DNA of 64,000 bases from an uncultured Bacteroidales bacterium (GTDB taxonomy: Bacteria > Bacteroidota > Bacteroidia > Bacteroidales > G3-4614). Shown piece after piece: positions 17,022 to 26,013 of the stretch; position 1 is the first letter of the stretch; every line of letters begins with the position of its first letter. Below the pieces are notes generated by a model that saw only the letters and a list, made by a program, of their open reading frames with translations, had not been told where the DNA came from and searched no databases. Both the position numbers and the translations under genes were made by a program. Location: assembly GCA_949297125.1 (NCBI GenBank), contig CASFRS010000002.1:55478-119477 (forward strand). The letters are read 5' to 3'.

Positions 17022-18302
17022 TCAACCGTTTAAAATTCTCTCAACCTGATTCAACATGGAGAGTTCCTCGCTCTTCTTCTTGAACAGTTCCGCACAATCC
17101 CGATTAATCTGCCCGAAATCGCCGTTCAAAAGCAATTCGCCCATTTTGCTCGCCATATATTCATAATCGTACAACGGTGCAAGCACACCGGTTTTGCCGT
17201 CTATCACCAAATCGTTGGCTACACCTACGTTAAAGGCGGCCACGGGTGTTCCTGCGGCTATCGACTGGTTTACCATCAGGGGGCCGGAATCCTCTATCGA
17301 AGAGCTGACAAACAAATCGGCAGCCTTATAAACCTCCATTAGTTTTTTCATCGGCAGGTATCCGAAGCGTTTGACCCTGTAACCCATTCTGTCCAACACG
17401 CCTGGTTCGTTATCCCCCACAAGAAGAAGTTCCGCATTCTTTTTAAGTTCGGGAAACTGTTTCCCCATGGACAGAAGCGAGAGGATAAGATATTCAAACC
17501 CTTTGCGGTTGTCGCCGGCATTGAATGTAGTACACCCTACCACGATGGCCTTGGTTTCGGGTTCTATGCCGAGCATCCTGCGCAAATCGTATTTCGACTC
17601 AACCGGAAGTACCGCCTCGTTTATCGGGAAAATGACAGGCGCCACCGTGCGGTTGCGCCCCAGGGCGGAAGCTCTTGCCCGTCTGCAGTCGGAAGTCGTA
17701 CCCCAGAACTCCAAATCGGCAGGGAGGTATTTCAACTTGCGTCCCAAATTTTCAACCGGGAAATCGGTAGGTATGGCAAACAGTGGGCACGACGAACAGT
17801 CCGTTTCATACCCCTTGCACGAAAACGGGTAGTGGCAACCGCCCGTTATCCCTGCATCGTCCATCATCACCACAGCAATTCTGGCTCCCGTCAGCCGTTT
17901 CAAACCGGCAATTATCTCGGGGGTAACGAAATTATGCACCCAGTGAACAAGTATCAGGTCGGGAATAAAGCCGGCCTGGCGCAGTATGCTTCGCGCGGAA
18001 GCCAAAGAATTGAGGTTGTCGAATACAATATTATTGTTGAACTTGTTGTCGCGGCACAGGTGGCGCCACCTCCTTGCACAGGCCGAATATTTATGTTTCC
18101 TTACCCTGTACTGTATATACGGGAAGGTCTTTTTCCTGTAATGTATTACTCCGGGCTTCTTCCCGTCGGTATCTCTCACCATAAGGGCGGAAGAGTATCC
18201 GGCGGCATTGAGATAATCGTTTATTATAACCGCCGCTATTCCCGCCCCTCCGTAATCGTACGAAGAGAGATTCAATATCCTGCCTTTGCCTTGGCCCTTC
18301 AT
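17022..18302 (-). CDS. glycosyltransferase (GT-B, GT4-like) with Cys-rich insert
   Basis: The ATG at 18302 (MKGQGKGRILNLSSYDYGGAG...) forms an ATGA overlap with the wecD-like stop. The C-terminal GT-B half reads SSSIEDSGPLMVNQSIAAG. It carries an unusual CHYPFSCKGYETDCSSCP motif. Confidence 0.7.
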   Translation of the reverse strand: MKGQGKGRILNLSSYDYGGAGIAAVIINDYLNAAGYSSALMVRDTDGKKPGVIHYRKKTFPYIQYRVRKHKYSACARRWRHLCRDNKFNNNIVFDNLNSLASARSILRQAGFIPDLILVHWVHNFVTPEIIAGLKRLTGARIAVVMMDDAGITGGCHYPFSCKGYETDCSSCPLFAIPTDFPVENLGRKLKYLPADLEFWGTTSDCRRARASALGRNRTVAPVIFPINEAVLPVESKYDLRRMLGIEPETKAIVVGCTTFNAGDNRKGFEYLILSLLSMGKQFPELKKNAELLLVGDNEPGVLDRMGYRVKRFGYLPMKKLMEVYKAADLFVSSSIEDSGPLMVNQSIAAGTPVAAFNVGVANDLVIDGKTGVLAPLYDYEYMASKMGELLLNGDFGQINRDCAELFKKKSEELSMLNQVERILNG

Positions 18303-18976
18303 ATCCACAAATGGTATATATAGGTTGTCTTGCTTACAACGAATCCGTTTTTCCCGTAAAAGGCGCACGCCTCCGAATTAGCCTGTTGCGTTGCCACATC
18401 CAGACGCAGCAGCCCTGCATCGAAAAGCGTCCGCCTGCAACATTCCACAAGAGCAGTCCCTATCCCTTTTCGCCCAAAATCCTCATCGACGGCTATCAGG
18501 CCTATACTCCCGGAATTGCTGTGCAACGAAAGGGTTACGAACCCGGCTATTTCCCCGTCTACCCTGCGGACAAAGACCTTGTCGCCCATATCGCCGGAGA
18601 AAGAGTTGTCTACCCATATGCGGTACATCTCCCTGAATTTGCCGGCATCTATCATAGGGTCGGTAAAAAACCTGGAGTGGCGGCCGCTCCTGTATGCCAG
18701 TTCATACACTTTCGGTTCGGGACGCACCAATACCTCGCATTGGGGCAACACCGCCGCCGACGGGTCCACCTCCGCCGAATATATCAGTTTAACATCGGCC
18801 GGCTTTACGGGAAAATTTTCCAGCGGTTTTTCAGAAAAGATGTAGAGAAGGCGCACCCCCGTATTCCGTGCCTCTTCCACAAGAGCGCCATAGTCGGCGT
18901 CCTCATCTTCGGCTACCGTCTTGCGTCCGACAATAAAGCCGAAAAACTCCGAATCCCACAAACAAGGTTCTATCAT
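18299..18976 (-). CDS. wecD: GNAT acetyltransferase, dTDP-fucosamine (Fuc4N) acetyltransferase-like
   Basis: 225 aa. The N-terminus IEPCLWDSEFFG resembles E. coli WecD (IEPLTWENAFFG, from memory). The C-terminal GNAT core is IGLIAVDEDFGRKGIGTALV. Confidence 0.7.
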   Translation of the reverse strand: MIEPCLWDSEFFGFIVGRKTVAEDEDADYGALVEEARNTGVRLLYIFSEKPLENFPVKPADVKLIYSAEVDPSAAVLPQCEVLVRPEPKVYELAYRSGRHSRFFTDPMIDAGKFREMYRIWVDNSFSGDMGDKVFVRRVDGEIAGFVTLSLHSNSGSIGLIAVDEDFGRKGIGTALVECCRRTLFDAGLLRLDVATQQANSEACAFYGKNGFVVSKTTYIYHLWI

Positions 18977-18989
18977 AGCTCAGATGCAA

Positions 18990-20828
18990 TCAGAATTTCT
19001 GCATGTCCACAAGGCGTTTGTAATACCCGTTGAGGGCTATAAGTTCCTCGTGCGTACCGCGTTCGACAATCCCCCCTTCGTGCATTACGCAAATCAGGTC
19101 CGCGCCCTTTATAGTAGAAAGGCGGTGCGCTATAACCAGTGTGGTACGGTTGCGCATAAGGTTCTCGAGGGCCTCCTGTACAAGGCGTTCGCTTTCGGTA
19201 TCGAGCGCCGAGGTGGCCTCGTCCAGAATAAGGATAGGCGGGTTCTTCATTATTGCGCGGGCAATGCTCACGCGCTGTCTCTGCCCGCCCGACAGGCGGC
19301 ACCCGCGGTCGCCGATAGGAGTATCGTACCCATGTTCGGTTGCCATTATGAAGTCGTGCGCATTGGCAATCTTGGCAGCCGCCACAACCTGCTCCATGGT
19401 AGCGTTCTCCACTCCGAACGTTATATTGTTGTAGAAAGTGTCGTTGAAAAGGATTGCCTCCTGGTTCACATTCCCCATAAGGGCCCGCAAATCGACGGGC
19501 GACATGTCGCGGACATCGACGCCGTCGATAAGTATTTTCCCCTTGTTGACATCATAGAAACGGGGGAGAAGGTCGGCCATTGTGGATTTCCCCGAACCGG
19601 ACTGGCCTACAATAGCAACAGTCTGTCCTTTCTTTATTTCGAGATTTACCCCCTTCACCACATACTCCTCGCTGTATTTGAACCATACGTCGCGGTACTC
19701 TATGCTGTTCTTGAGTTCCCCTACCTTTACGGGGTTGGCCGGCGCCTGGATAGGGTTCACCGCGCTCAATATCTTGTCGACGCGCTCCATCGATGCAAGC
19801 CCGCGCTGTACGGCATACGCGCCGTTGGCAAAATCCTTGGCCGGATTTATTATGCTGTAGAATATAACCAGATAATAGACGAACTCGGGTGCGGTTATCA
19901 TGTTGTCCCCGCCGAGGATAAGGGAGCCGCCGTACCACAGCACTATCGCTATCGTGGCAGTTCCCAGGAACTCGCTCATCGGGTGGGCGAGCGTCTGACG
20001 GCGGGCAATCCGGTTGGACATCCTGTAAAGCAGGTTGTTGGAGTTGTGGAAACGCGCCTTTATTTTCTCTTCGGCATTGAAAGCCTTGATGATGCGCAAA
20101 CCTCCGAGGGTTTCGTCTATTTCGGAGAGCAATACCCCGCTCTGCTGCTGCGCCTCCATTGAGGAACGCTTCAGTTTCTTCCCCACGTTCCCCATGATAG
20201 ACCCTGCAAGGGGCAGCAGAATCAGCACGAATACCGTAAGCTGCCAGCTGATGGCGAACATCATGGAGAGGTATACGATAATCATTATCGGGTTCTTGAA
20301 TATCATGTCGAGCGACGCCATTATGGAGTTCTCTATCATTCCCACGTCGCCCGTCATCCGCGCCATTATATCCCCTTTCCTCTCGGTGGTGAAGAACCCT
20401 ATCGGGAGCGTGGTAACCTTGTCGTAGACATAGTTCCTTATATCGCGCACTATACCCGAACGCATCGGTATTATGAAAAACGAACTGAGGTATGCCGACA
20501 TGGTCTTGAAGAAAGTCATTACAACCAGCATCAGTCCCAGCAGCATAAGGGCCCACGAATGCCCGAACTTGTCAATCTGCTCGGTAATGAACCAGTAGAA
20601 GTTGTTTATCGCAACGTCCTTTATGTCGCCCAGCGACCCGGAGTCGAGCGTCATATATTCGTAGTTGGCCTCGTTTATGCCGAACAGGACCTGGAGTATG
20701 GGGATTATTACGGCAAACGAGAAGAGGCTCAATATTGTGGAGAGAATATTGAAGAAAATATTTAAGAAAAGGTTCTTTTTGTACGGAGAAACAAAACGAA
20801 CCAGCATTTTGACAAGTTCCCTGAACAT
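18990..20828 (-). CDS. ABC transporter permease/ATPase, MsbA-like exporter
   Basis: 612 aa. It has a six-TM exporter domain followed by an NBD with Walker A GQSGSGKST, signature LSGGQRQR and Walker B ILILDEATSALD. It is the first gene of the minus-strand glycan operon. Confidence 0.85.
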   Translation of the reverse strand: MFRELVKMLVRFVSPYKKNLFLNIFFNILSTILSLFSFAVIIPILQVLFGINEANYEYMTLDSGSLGDIKDVAINNFYWFITEQIDKFGHSWALMLLGLMLVVMTFFKTMSAYLSSFFIIPMRSGIVRDIRNYVYDKVTTLPIGFFTTERKGDIMARMTGDVGMIENSIMASLDMIFKNPIMIIVYLSMMFAISWQLTVFVLILLPLAGSIMGNVGKKLKRSSMEAQQQSGVLLSEIDETLGGLRIIKAFNAEEKIKARFHNSNNLLYRMSNRIARRQTLAHPMSEFLGTATIAIVLWYGGSLILGGDNMITAPEFVYYLVIFYSIINPAKDFANGAYAVQRGLASMERVDKILSAVNPIQAPANPVKVGELKNSIEYRDVWFKYSEEYVVKGVNLEIKKGQTVAIVGQSGSGKSTMADLLPRFYDVNKGKILIDGVDVRDMSPVDLRALMGNVNQEAILFNDTFYNNITFGVENATMEQVVAAAKIANAHDFIMATEHGYDTPIGDRGCRLSGGQRQRVSIARAIMKNPPILILDEATSALDTESERLVQEALENLMRNRTTLVIAHRLSTIKGADLICVMHEGGIVERGTHEELIALNGYYKRLVDMQKF

Positions 20829-20914
20829 AATCTGAAAAAATTAAACCTGCATTGCGGCAGGCACGACCCGGACAGCAAACCTGCGCCCTTGCCCGAATGC
20901 ACCTTTCCAACCTG

Positions 20915-20946
20915 CAAATATAATGCAAACCGCCGGCATTATCAAA
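20915..20946 (-). promoter_or_regulatory. promoter of msbA-like/glycan operon
   Basis: Minus strand TTTG (20946-20943), a 20-nt spacer, then TATATTTG (20922-20915). This is a full consensus match, about 90 nt upstream of the ATG at 20828. Confidence 0.55.
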
Positions 20947-21060
20947 TTTATTTGACAACCGCGCAAAAACATCGGACACCCGGCACGGAGGGACGGAACC
21001 GGTAGCGCAAAAACACAAGGGCGGAGTGCCGCGGAAGTTGCACAAGAGACGGAATTGAAG

Positions 21061-21068
21061 TACTTTTG
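21061..21068 (+). promoter_or_regulatory. -7 box candidate for GT2 gene
   Basis: TACTTTTG matches TAnnTTTG, 52 nt upstream of the ATG at 21120. The -33 position has only GTTG. Confidence 0.35.
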
Positions 21069-21119
21069 TTTTTCGGCAGCGGCAGTATCGGCCGCCCGAC
21101 AGGACAAACAACAGGACAA

Positions 21120-21935
21120 ATGGCAAGACTTTCCATAATAACCGTAAACCTCAACGATGCCGCAGGGCTGCATAAAACGCTCGTGTCGGTATGGGAGCGG
21201 CAGTCGTTCTCCGATTTCGAGCATATTGTAATAGACGGGGCCTCCACCGACGGGAGCGTGGAGGTGATAAAGGAATACGCCGACAGGCTTGCATACTGGG
21301 TGAGCGAACCCGACAAGGGAATATACAACGCAATGAACAAGGGGATAGCAGCGGCCAAAGGGGAGTATCTGCTGTTTCTCAACAGCGGCGACTGGCTGGA
21401 GGACGACTCCCTTGCGGAAGTCTTCGCCACGCCCCCCGAAGAAGACATAATATACGCCGACTACTACAACATAACGGAAAGCGGGGGCAAGGAGCGCGTA
21501 CAGATGCCCGACAGGATAACGCTGCCGTGGCTGTTGCTCCATTCGCTCGGACACCCCTCTACCCTGATACGGCGCAGGACAATAGCCGGCAAGGGGTACC
21601 GGGAAGAATACCGGATAATATCCGACTGGGCATTCTGGGTTGAAGAACTGATAAAAAACGGACGCAGCAGCCGACACGCGGATATTGCAATGAGCTGCTA
21701 CAACCTGCAGGGCGTCTCCGCAAAAAAGGAGAACGGCGAAAGGATTGTTGCCGAGAAGGACGATTTCCTCGGCAAGGCATTCGGGTCCCGATACTGCATG
21801 GCGGATATACGCCGCTGCATTTCCGCCCTCGACATAATAAGCAAACACCGCACGGGGGAACTCACCGCCTCGGAAAAACTGCAACGGCAACTCAGGCAAT
21901 GCTTCAAGCTGCTTGCGAGATTCGGCCACCGGTAA
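21120..21935 (+). CDS. glycosyltransferase family 2
   Basis: The ATG at 21120 gives MARLSIITVNLNDAAGL.... The N-terminal ~95 aa are nearly identical to the GT2 at 16186-17019; the C-terminal half diverges. Confidence 0.85.
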   Translation: MARLSIITVNLNDAAGLHKTLVSVWERQSFSDFEHIVIDGASTDGSVEVIKEYADRLAYWVSEPDKGIYNAMNKGIAAAKGEYLLFLNSGDWLEDDSLAEVFATPPEEDIIYADYYNITESGGKERVQMPDRITLPWLLLHSLGHPSTLIRRRTIAGKGYREEYRIISDWAFWVEELIKNGRSSRHADIAMSCYNLQGVSAKKENGERIVAEKDDFLGKAFGSRYCMADIRRCISALDIISKHRTGELTASEKLQRQLRQCFKLLARFGHR

Positions 21936-22070
21936 CCGCCGCAGGCGACAGGCCGGGAACGGACGGAGCATGGCCCGCAACCGCCGCCGGGTTATCAACA
22001 ATAGTGCGGACTTATCAACAATTAGCAAAGTTTATACCCTCCGGACAAGGCGGGAATTGACAAAAATTGC

Positions 22071-22097
22071 TTATTTTGCAATCGATATGCAAAATAA
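22071..22097. promoter_or_regulatory. perfect palindrome abutting parA start
   Basis: TTATTTTGCA (22071-22080), spacer atcgata, then TGCAAAATAA (22088-22097). The arms are 10 bp and perfect. The element ends 5 nt before the parA ATG. Confidence 0.4.
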
Positions 22098-22102
22098 GTG
22101 AT

Positions 22103-22864
22103 ATGGGTAAAACAATAGCAATAGCAAACCAAAAAGGAGGGGTAGGCAAAACCACCACCTCGATAAACCTTGCCACATCGCTTGCAGCACTGGACAAAAA
22201 GGTGCTGATGATCGACGCCGACCCGCAGGCCAACGCCACGTCGGGAGTAGGGCTGGACCACAAGAACGCCGAGATAACCACATACGAATGCCTGATAGGA
22301 GAGAAAAAGGCAAGCGAAGGGATTGTGGAATCGTGCGTGCGCAACATGTACGTGCTCCCTTCCAGGATAGACCTTGTAGGTGCGGAACTTGAACTGCTCA
22401 ACATGCCCGACCGCGAAAGGATGCTGCAAAAACAGCTGGCCGGAATAAAAGACGAATACGACTACATACTGATAGACTGCTCGCCGTCGCTGGGGCTGAT
22501 AACCGTAAACTCACTCACGGCGGCCGACAGCGTGATAATACCTGTACAGGCCGAATATTTCGCGCTCGAGGGAATAAGCAAACTGCTCAATACGATAAAG
22601 ATAATAAAGTCGAAACTGAACCCGTCGCTGGAAATAGAGGGGTTCCTCCTTACCATGTACGATTCCCGCCTGCGGTTGGCCAACCAGATATACGAAGAGC
22701 TCAAGCGGCACTTCTCCGACATGGTATTCAAAACCCTTATACAGCGCAACATAAAGTTGAGCGAAGCCCCCAGCCACGGGCTGCCGGTACTGCTGTACGA
22801 CCCCGATTCGAGAGGGTGCCTCAACTACATGCAACTGGCAAAAGAGATAATAGACAAGGAATAA
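22103..22864 (+). CDS. parA: chromosome partitioning ATPase ParA/Soj
   Basis: The ATG at 22103 gives [24 protein letters not shown], the deviant Walker A. Confidence 0.9.
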   Translation: MGKTIAIANQKGGVGKTTTSINLATSLAALDKKVLMIDADPQANATSGVGLDHKNAEITTYECLIGEKKASEGIVESCVRNMYVLPSRIDLVGAELELLNMPDRERMLQKQLAGIKDEYDYILIDCSPSLGLITVNSLTAADSVIIPVQAEYFALEGISKLLNTIKIIKSKLNPSLEIEGFLLTMYDSRLRLANQIYEELKRHFSDMVFKTLIQRNIKLSEAPSHGLPVLLYDPDSRGCLNYMQLAKEIIDKE

Positions 22865-22884
22865 AACGACAAATAAGACCCGTA

Positions 22885-23775
22885 ATGAACAGACGCAACG
22901 CACTCGGCCGGGGATTGGACGCCCTGATAGCGATGGATGAGATAAAGACCTCGGGGTCATCGTCTATAAACGAAATAGACATAGACCTGATACGCCCCAA
23001 CCCCGACCAGCCGAGACGCGAATTCGATGCCGACGCGCTGGAAGAACTCTCCAACTCCATCCGCGAGCTGGGGATAATCCAGCCCGTATCGCTGAGACAG
23101 GCCCCCGACGGCACATACCAGATAATAGCCGGCGAGCGCAGATACAGGGCAGCCCGCATGGCCGGACTGGAAAAGATTCCGGCATACGTCCGCACGGCCG
23201 AAGACGAGACGATGATGGAAATGGCGCTGATAGAGAACATCCAGCGCGAGGACCTGAACGCCGTAGAGATAGCCCTCACGTTCCAGAAACTTATAGAGCA
23301 GTACGGTCTTACGCAGGAAAAACTCAGCGAAAGGATAGGGAAAAAGCGCGCCACGATAGCCAACTACCTGCGGCTGCTGAAACTTCCGGCCGAAATACAG
23401 ATGGGACTCAAGAACCGGACCATAGAAATGGGACATGCCCGCGCCCTCATCTCGATAAGCGATGCGGCAGCCCAACTGAAAATATACGAAGAGATAAAGG
23501 AGACCGGTTGCTCGGTAAGGCGTGTGGAAGAAATGGTGAAAGAGTTTGCCGCCCGGCAGGAGACAGGGAACGGTAAGGAGGCCCGTAAAGGGAGAACCGG
23601 CGAACGGGAAGAATGGAGCAGCCAGTACGACGGATTTAAAAGGCAGTTGAGCGGATTTTTCGGGGACAAGATAAAATTTACGTGCGACAGGAACAGAAAA
23701 GGGAAAATAACAATTCCGTTCAAGGGCGAGGAGGAACTGGGAAAGATAATGGAGATATTCGGGAAACTGCAATAA
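22885..23775 (+). CDS. parB: chromosome partitioning protein ParB/Spo0J
   Basis: The ATG at 22885 gives MNRRNALGRGLDALI. The ParB box GERRYRAA and the HTH region are present. Confidence 0.9.
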   Translation: MNRRNALGRGLDALIAMDEIKTSGSSSINEIDIDLIRPNPDQPRREFDADALEELSNSIRELGIIQPVSLRQAPDGTYQIIAGERRYRAARMAGLEKIPAYVRTAEDETMMEMALIENIQREDLNAVEIALTFQKLIEQYGLTQEKLSERIGKKRATIANYLRLLKLPAEIQMGLKNRTIEMGHARALISISDAAAQLKIYEEIKETGCSVRRVEEMVKEFAARQETGNGKEARKGRTGEREEWSSQYDGFKRQLSGFFGDKIKFTCDRNRKGKITIPFKGEEELGKIMEIFGKLQ

Positions 23776-23794
23776 ACTGTAACAACGGAGAGAA

Positions 23795-24523
23795 TTGGCA
23801 TATAAAAAAGACATAGAGGCAAGGAAACTGCGACGGGCGGCGGCAACAGTGCTGGCGGCAATCTTTATTGCCAATCTGTCTGCCCAGGACATTGCGGGAA
23901 AAAGGGAGTTTCCCCGCAACAGGGCAATAGAAACCGACACCGTAATATTCTCCGACACGACAAAGCTGTTAATGCGCACCGACTCCGCTGCAACAGCATA
24001 CGCCGATACGGCCAGAGTATTCGTACCCGACCCCACGCGCGCCGTATGGTACTCCGCCGTATTGCCGGGGTTGGGCCAGATATACAACCGCAAATACTGG
24101 AAACTCCCGATTCTTATAGGAGGGTTCATGGGGCTTGCATACGGTATCTCCTTCAACAGCCGCTACTATGCCGACTATTCCACGGCCTACCGCGACAGTT
24201 ACAGCAACGACCCCAATGCAAACAGCTACATAAACTTCCTCCCGTACAACTACCGGAACGACAAGGAGTGGATAGAGCAGAACATGGAATGGATAAGGAG
24301 TTCCGTAAAACGCAAGAAAGACTTTTACAGGCGAAACCGCGACCTTTGCATCATAGGAATGTTCGGGGTATATGCGCTGGCCATGATAGACGCCTACGTC
24401 GATGCCCAGCTGTACACGTTCGACATCTCCCCCGACGTATCGATGAAACTCTCCCCTGCCGTACTTGAACCTTCGTTCAGGACGCAGTCATCGCTGGGTC
24501 TGCAATGCTCCATAACATTCTGA
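23795..24523 (+). CDS. DUF5683-like membrane protein
   Basis: 242 aa with an apparent TTG start (no in-frame ATG near the N-terminus). It has the PGLGQIYNRKYWKLP motif, and sits after parB as in other Bacteroidota. Confidence 0.7.
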   Translation: MAYKKDIEARKLRRAAATVLAAIFIANLSAQDIAGKREFPRNRAIETDTVIFSDTTKLLMRTDSAATAYADTARVFVPDPTRAVWYSAVLPGLGQIYNRKYWKLPILIGGFMGLAYGISFNSRYYADYSTAYRDSYSNDPNANSYINFLPYNYRNDKEWIEQNMEWIRSSVKRKKDFYRRNRDLCIIGMFGVYALAMIDAYVDAQLYTFDISPDVSMKLSPAVLEPSFRTQSSLGLQCSITF

Positions 24524-24528
24524 CAAAA

Positions 24529-25998
24529 ATGAAAAGAAAAACCGCCCTCGCAATTTTGGCAACAGCAATAACGGCTGTCCTTAGCCCGGTAAAAGCGGCC
24601 CGGCCGCTCGAAGCCGCCCGCGACACGCTTACAGACGACTCCATGGTGATAATAGAAAGCGTCGAGAACGAGGCCGATTCCATTCTGGCCAACTGGTTTC
24701 TCCAGGAATACACCGACATGGACAGCCTCTGCATAAGCCGGAGCCATAATATCGAATACCCCGACTCAGTGTACATAGAACGTCTCGCCGCGCTTCCAAC
24801 CGTAATAGACATGCCCTACAACCAGGTTGTAAAGAAGTACATAACGCTGTACACCGAAAAGAGGCGCAAGCTGGTAGAGTCGCTGCTGGGTTTCGGGATT
24901 TACTATTTCCCCATATTTGAACAGGCGCTTGAAGAGGAAGAGATTCCGCTGGAACTAAAATACCTGCCAGTAATAGAATCGGCCCTGCGCCCCAATGCCG
25001 TATCGCGTGCAGGGGCCACCGGGTTGTGGCAGTTCATGCTCGCCACTTCGAGGTCGCTGGGGCTGGAGGTAAACTCGCTGATAGACGAAAGGCGGTCGCC
25101 GATAGCTTCGTCGCGGGCTGCCGCAAAATACCTCAAGCAGCTCTACGGCATGTACGGCGACTGGCATCTGGCCATAGCCGCCTACAACTGCGGGCCGGGC
25201 AACATAAACAAGGCCATACACCGCTCGGGAGGGAAGAAGGACTACTGGAGCATATATCACCTGCTGCCGCGCGAAACCCGCGGGTATGTTCCTGCGTTCA
25301 TCGCCGCCAACTATATTATGAACTACTACGACAAGCACAATATCTGTCCGGTAAGGCAGACCTCCATACCGCTTGTTACCGATACCATAGAGATGACCGA
25401 GCGGGTAAACCTCCAGCAGATTTCGGCCGTACTCGGCACGCCCATAGACATGCTCAGGGAGCTCAACCCCCAGTACCGCCACGACATTGTCCCTGGCGAC
25501 ATAAAGCCGTGCCACATCATAATGCCGCTGAACCTGACATACGCGTTCATCGACTCGAAGGACACCATACTGAACTACCGCGCAGAACAGTTTGCAAGGC
25601 TTAAAACCGTCCAGCCCTCCACTTACGAATCGTCTGCCGGCGGATACAAATACCACAAGATACGCCCGGGAGAGACCCTCGGCGGGATAGCCCTGCGCTA
25701 CCATACCACAGTTACCGCCCTGAAACGGATGAACGGGCTGCGCGGCAACACAATACGCGCCGGCAAAAACCTGAAGGTAGGTATCGTATACGATACCGCA
25801 TCGAAGGACGACGGCAGGACAATTACAAAAACCGGCGCAGACGGCAAAACGGGAAAATACTACAAAGTGGCGTCGGGCGACACCCTCGGCGGGATAGCCC
25901 TGCGCTACGGAATCAAAACGGAGAACCTGAAACGGGCAAACAACCTGCGCTCGTCGCTGATACGTGTAGGTCAGGTGCTGAAAATCCCAGTAACATAA
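24529..25998 (+). CDS. lytic transglycosylase (MltD-like) with two C-terminal LysM domains
   Basis: The ATG at 24529 gives the signal peptide MKRKTALAILATAITAVL. SLT catalytic region: ESALRPNAVSRAGATGLWQFM. There are two LysM repeats (YHKIRPGETLGGIALRY... and YYKVASGDTLGGIALRY...). Confidence 0.85.
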   Translation: MKRKTALAILATAITAVLSPVKAARPLEAARDTLTDDSMVIIESVENEADSILANWFLQEYTDMDSLCISRSHNIEYPDSVYIERLAALPTVIDMPYNQVVKKYITLYTEKRRKLVESLLGFGIYYFPIFEQALEEEEIPLELKYLPVIESALRPNAVSRAGATGLWQFMLATSRSLGLEVNSLIDERRSPIASSRAAAKYLKQLYGMYGDWHLAIAAYNCGPGNINKAIHRSGGKKDYWSIYHLLPRETRGYVPAFIAANYIMNYYDKHNICPVRQTSIPLVTDTIEMTERVNLQQISAVLGTPIDMLRELNPQYRHDIVPGDIKPCHIIMPLNLTYAFIDSKDTILNYRAEQFARLKTVQPSTYESSAGGYKYHKIRPGETLGGIALRYHTTVTALKRMNGLRGNTIRAGKNLKVGIVYDTASKDDGRTITKTGADGKTGKYYKVASGDTLGGIALRYGIKTENLKRANNLRSSLIRVGQVLKIPVT

Positions 25999-26013
25999 AA
26001 CATTTGTTGTATC

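Noticed and set aside
12723-21935. Phase-variable (invertible-promoter) control of the glycan locus, as in Bacteroides capsule loci.
   Set aside because: I looked for short inverted repeats of the ACGTTCGT/ACGAACGT type flanking the 20829-21119 promoter region and found none. No site-specific recombinase gene is nearby.
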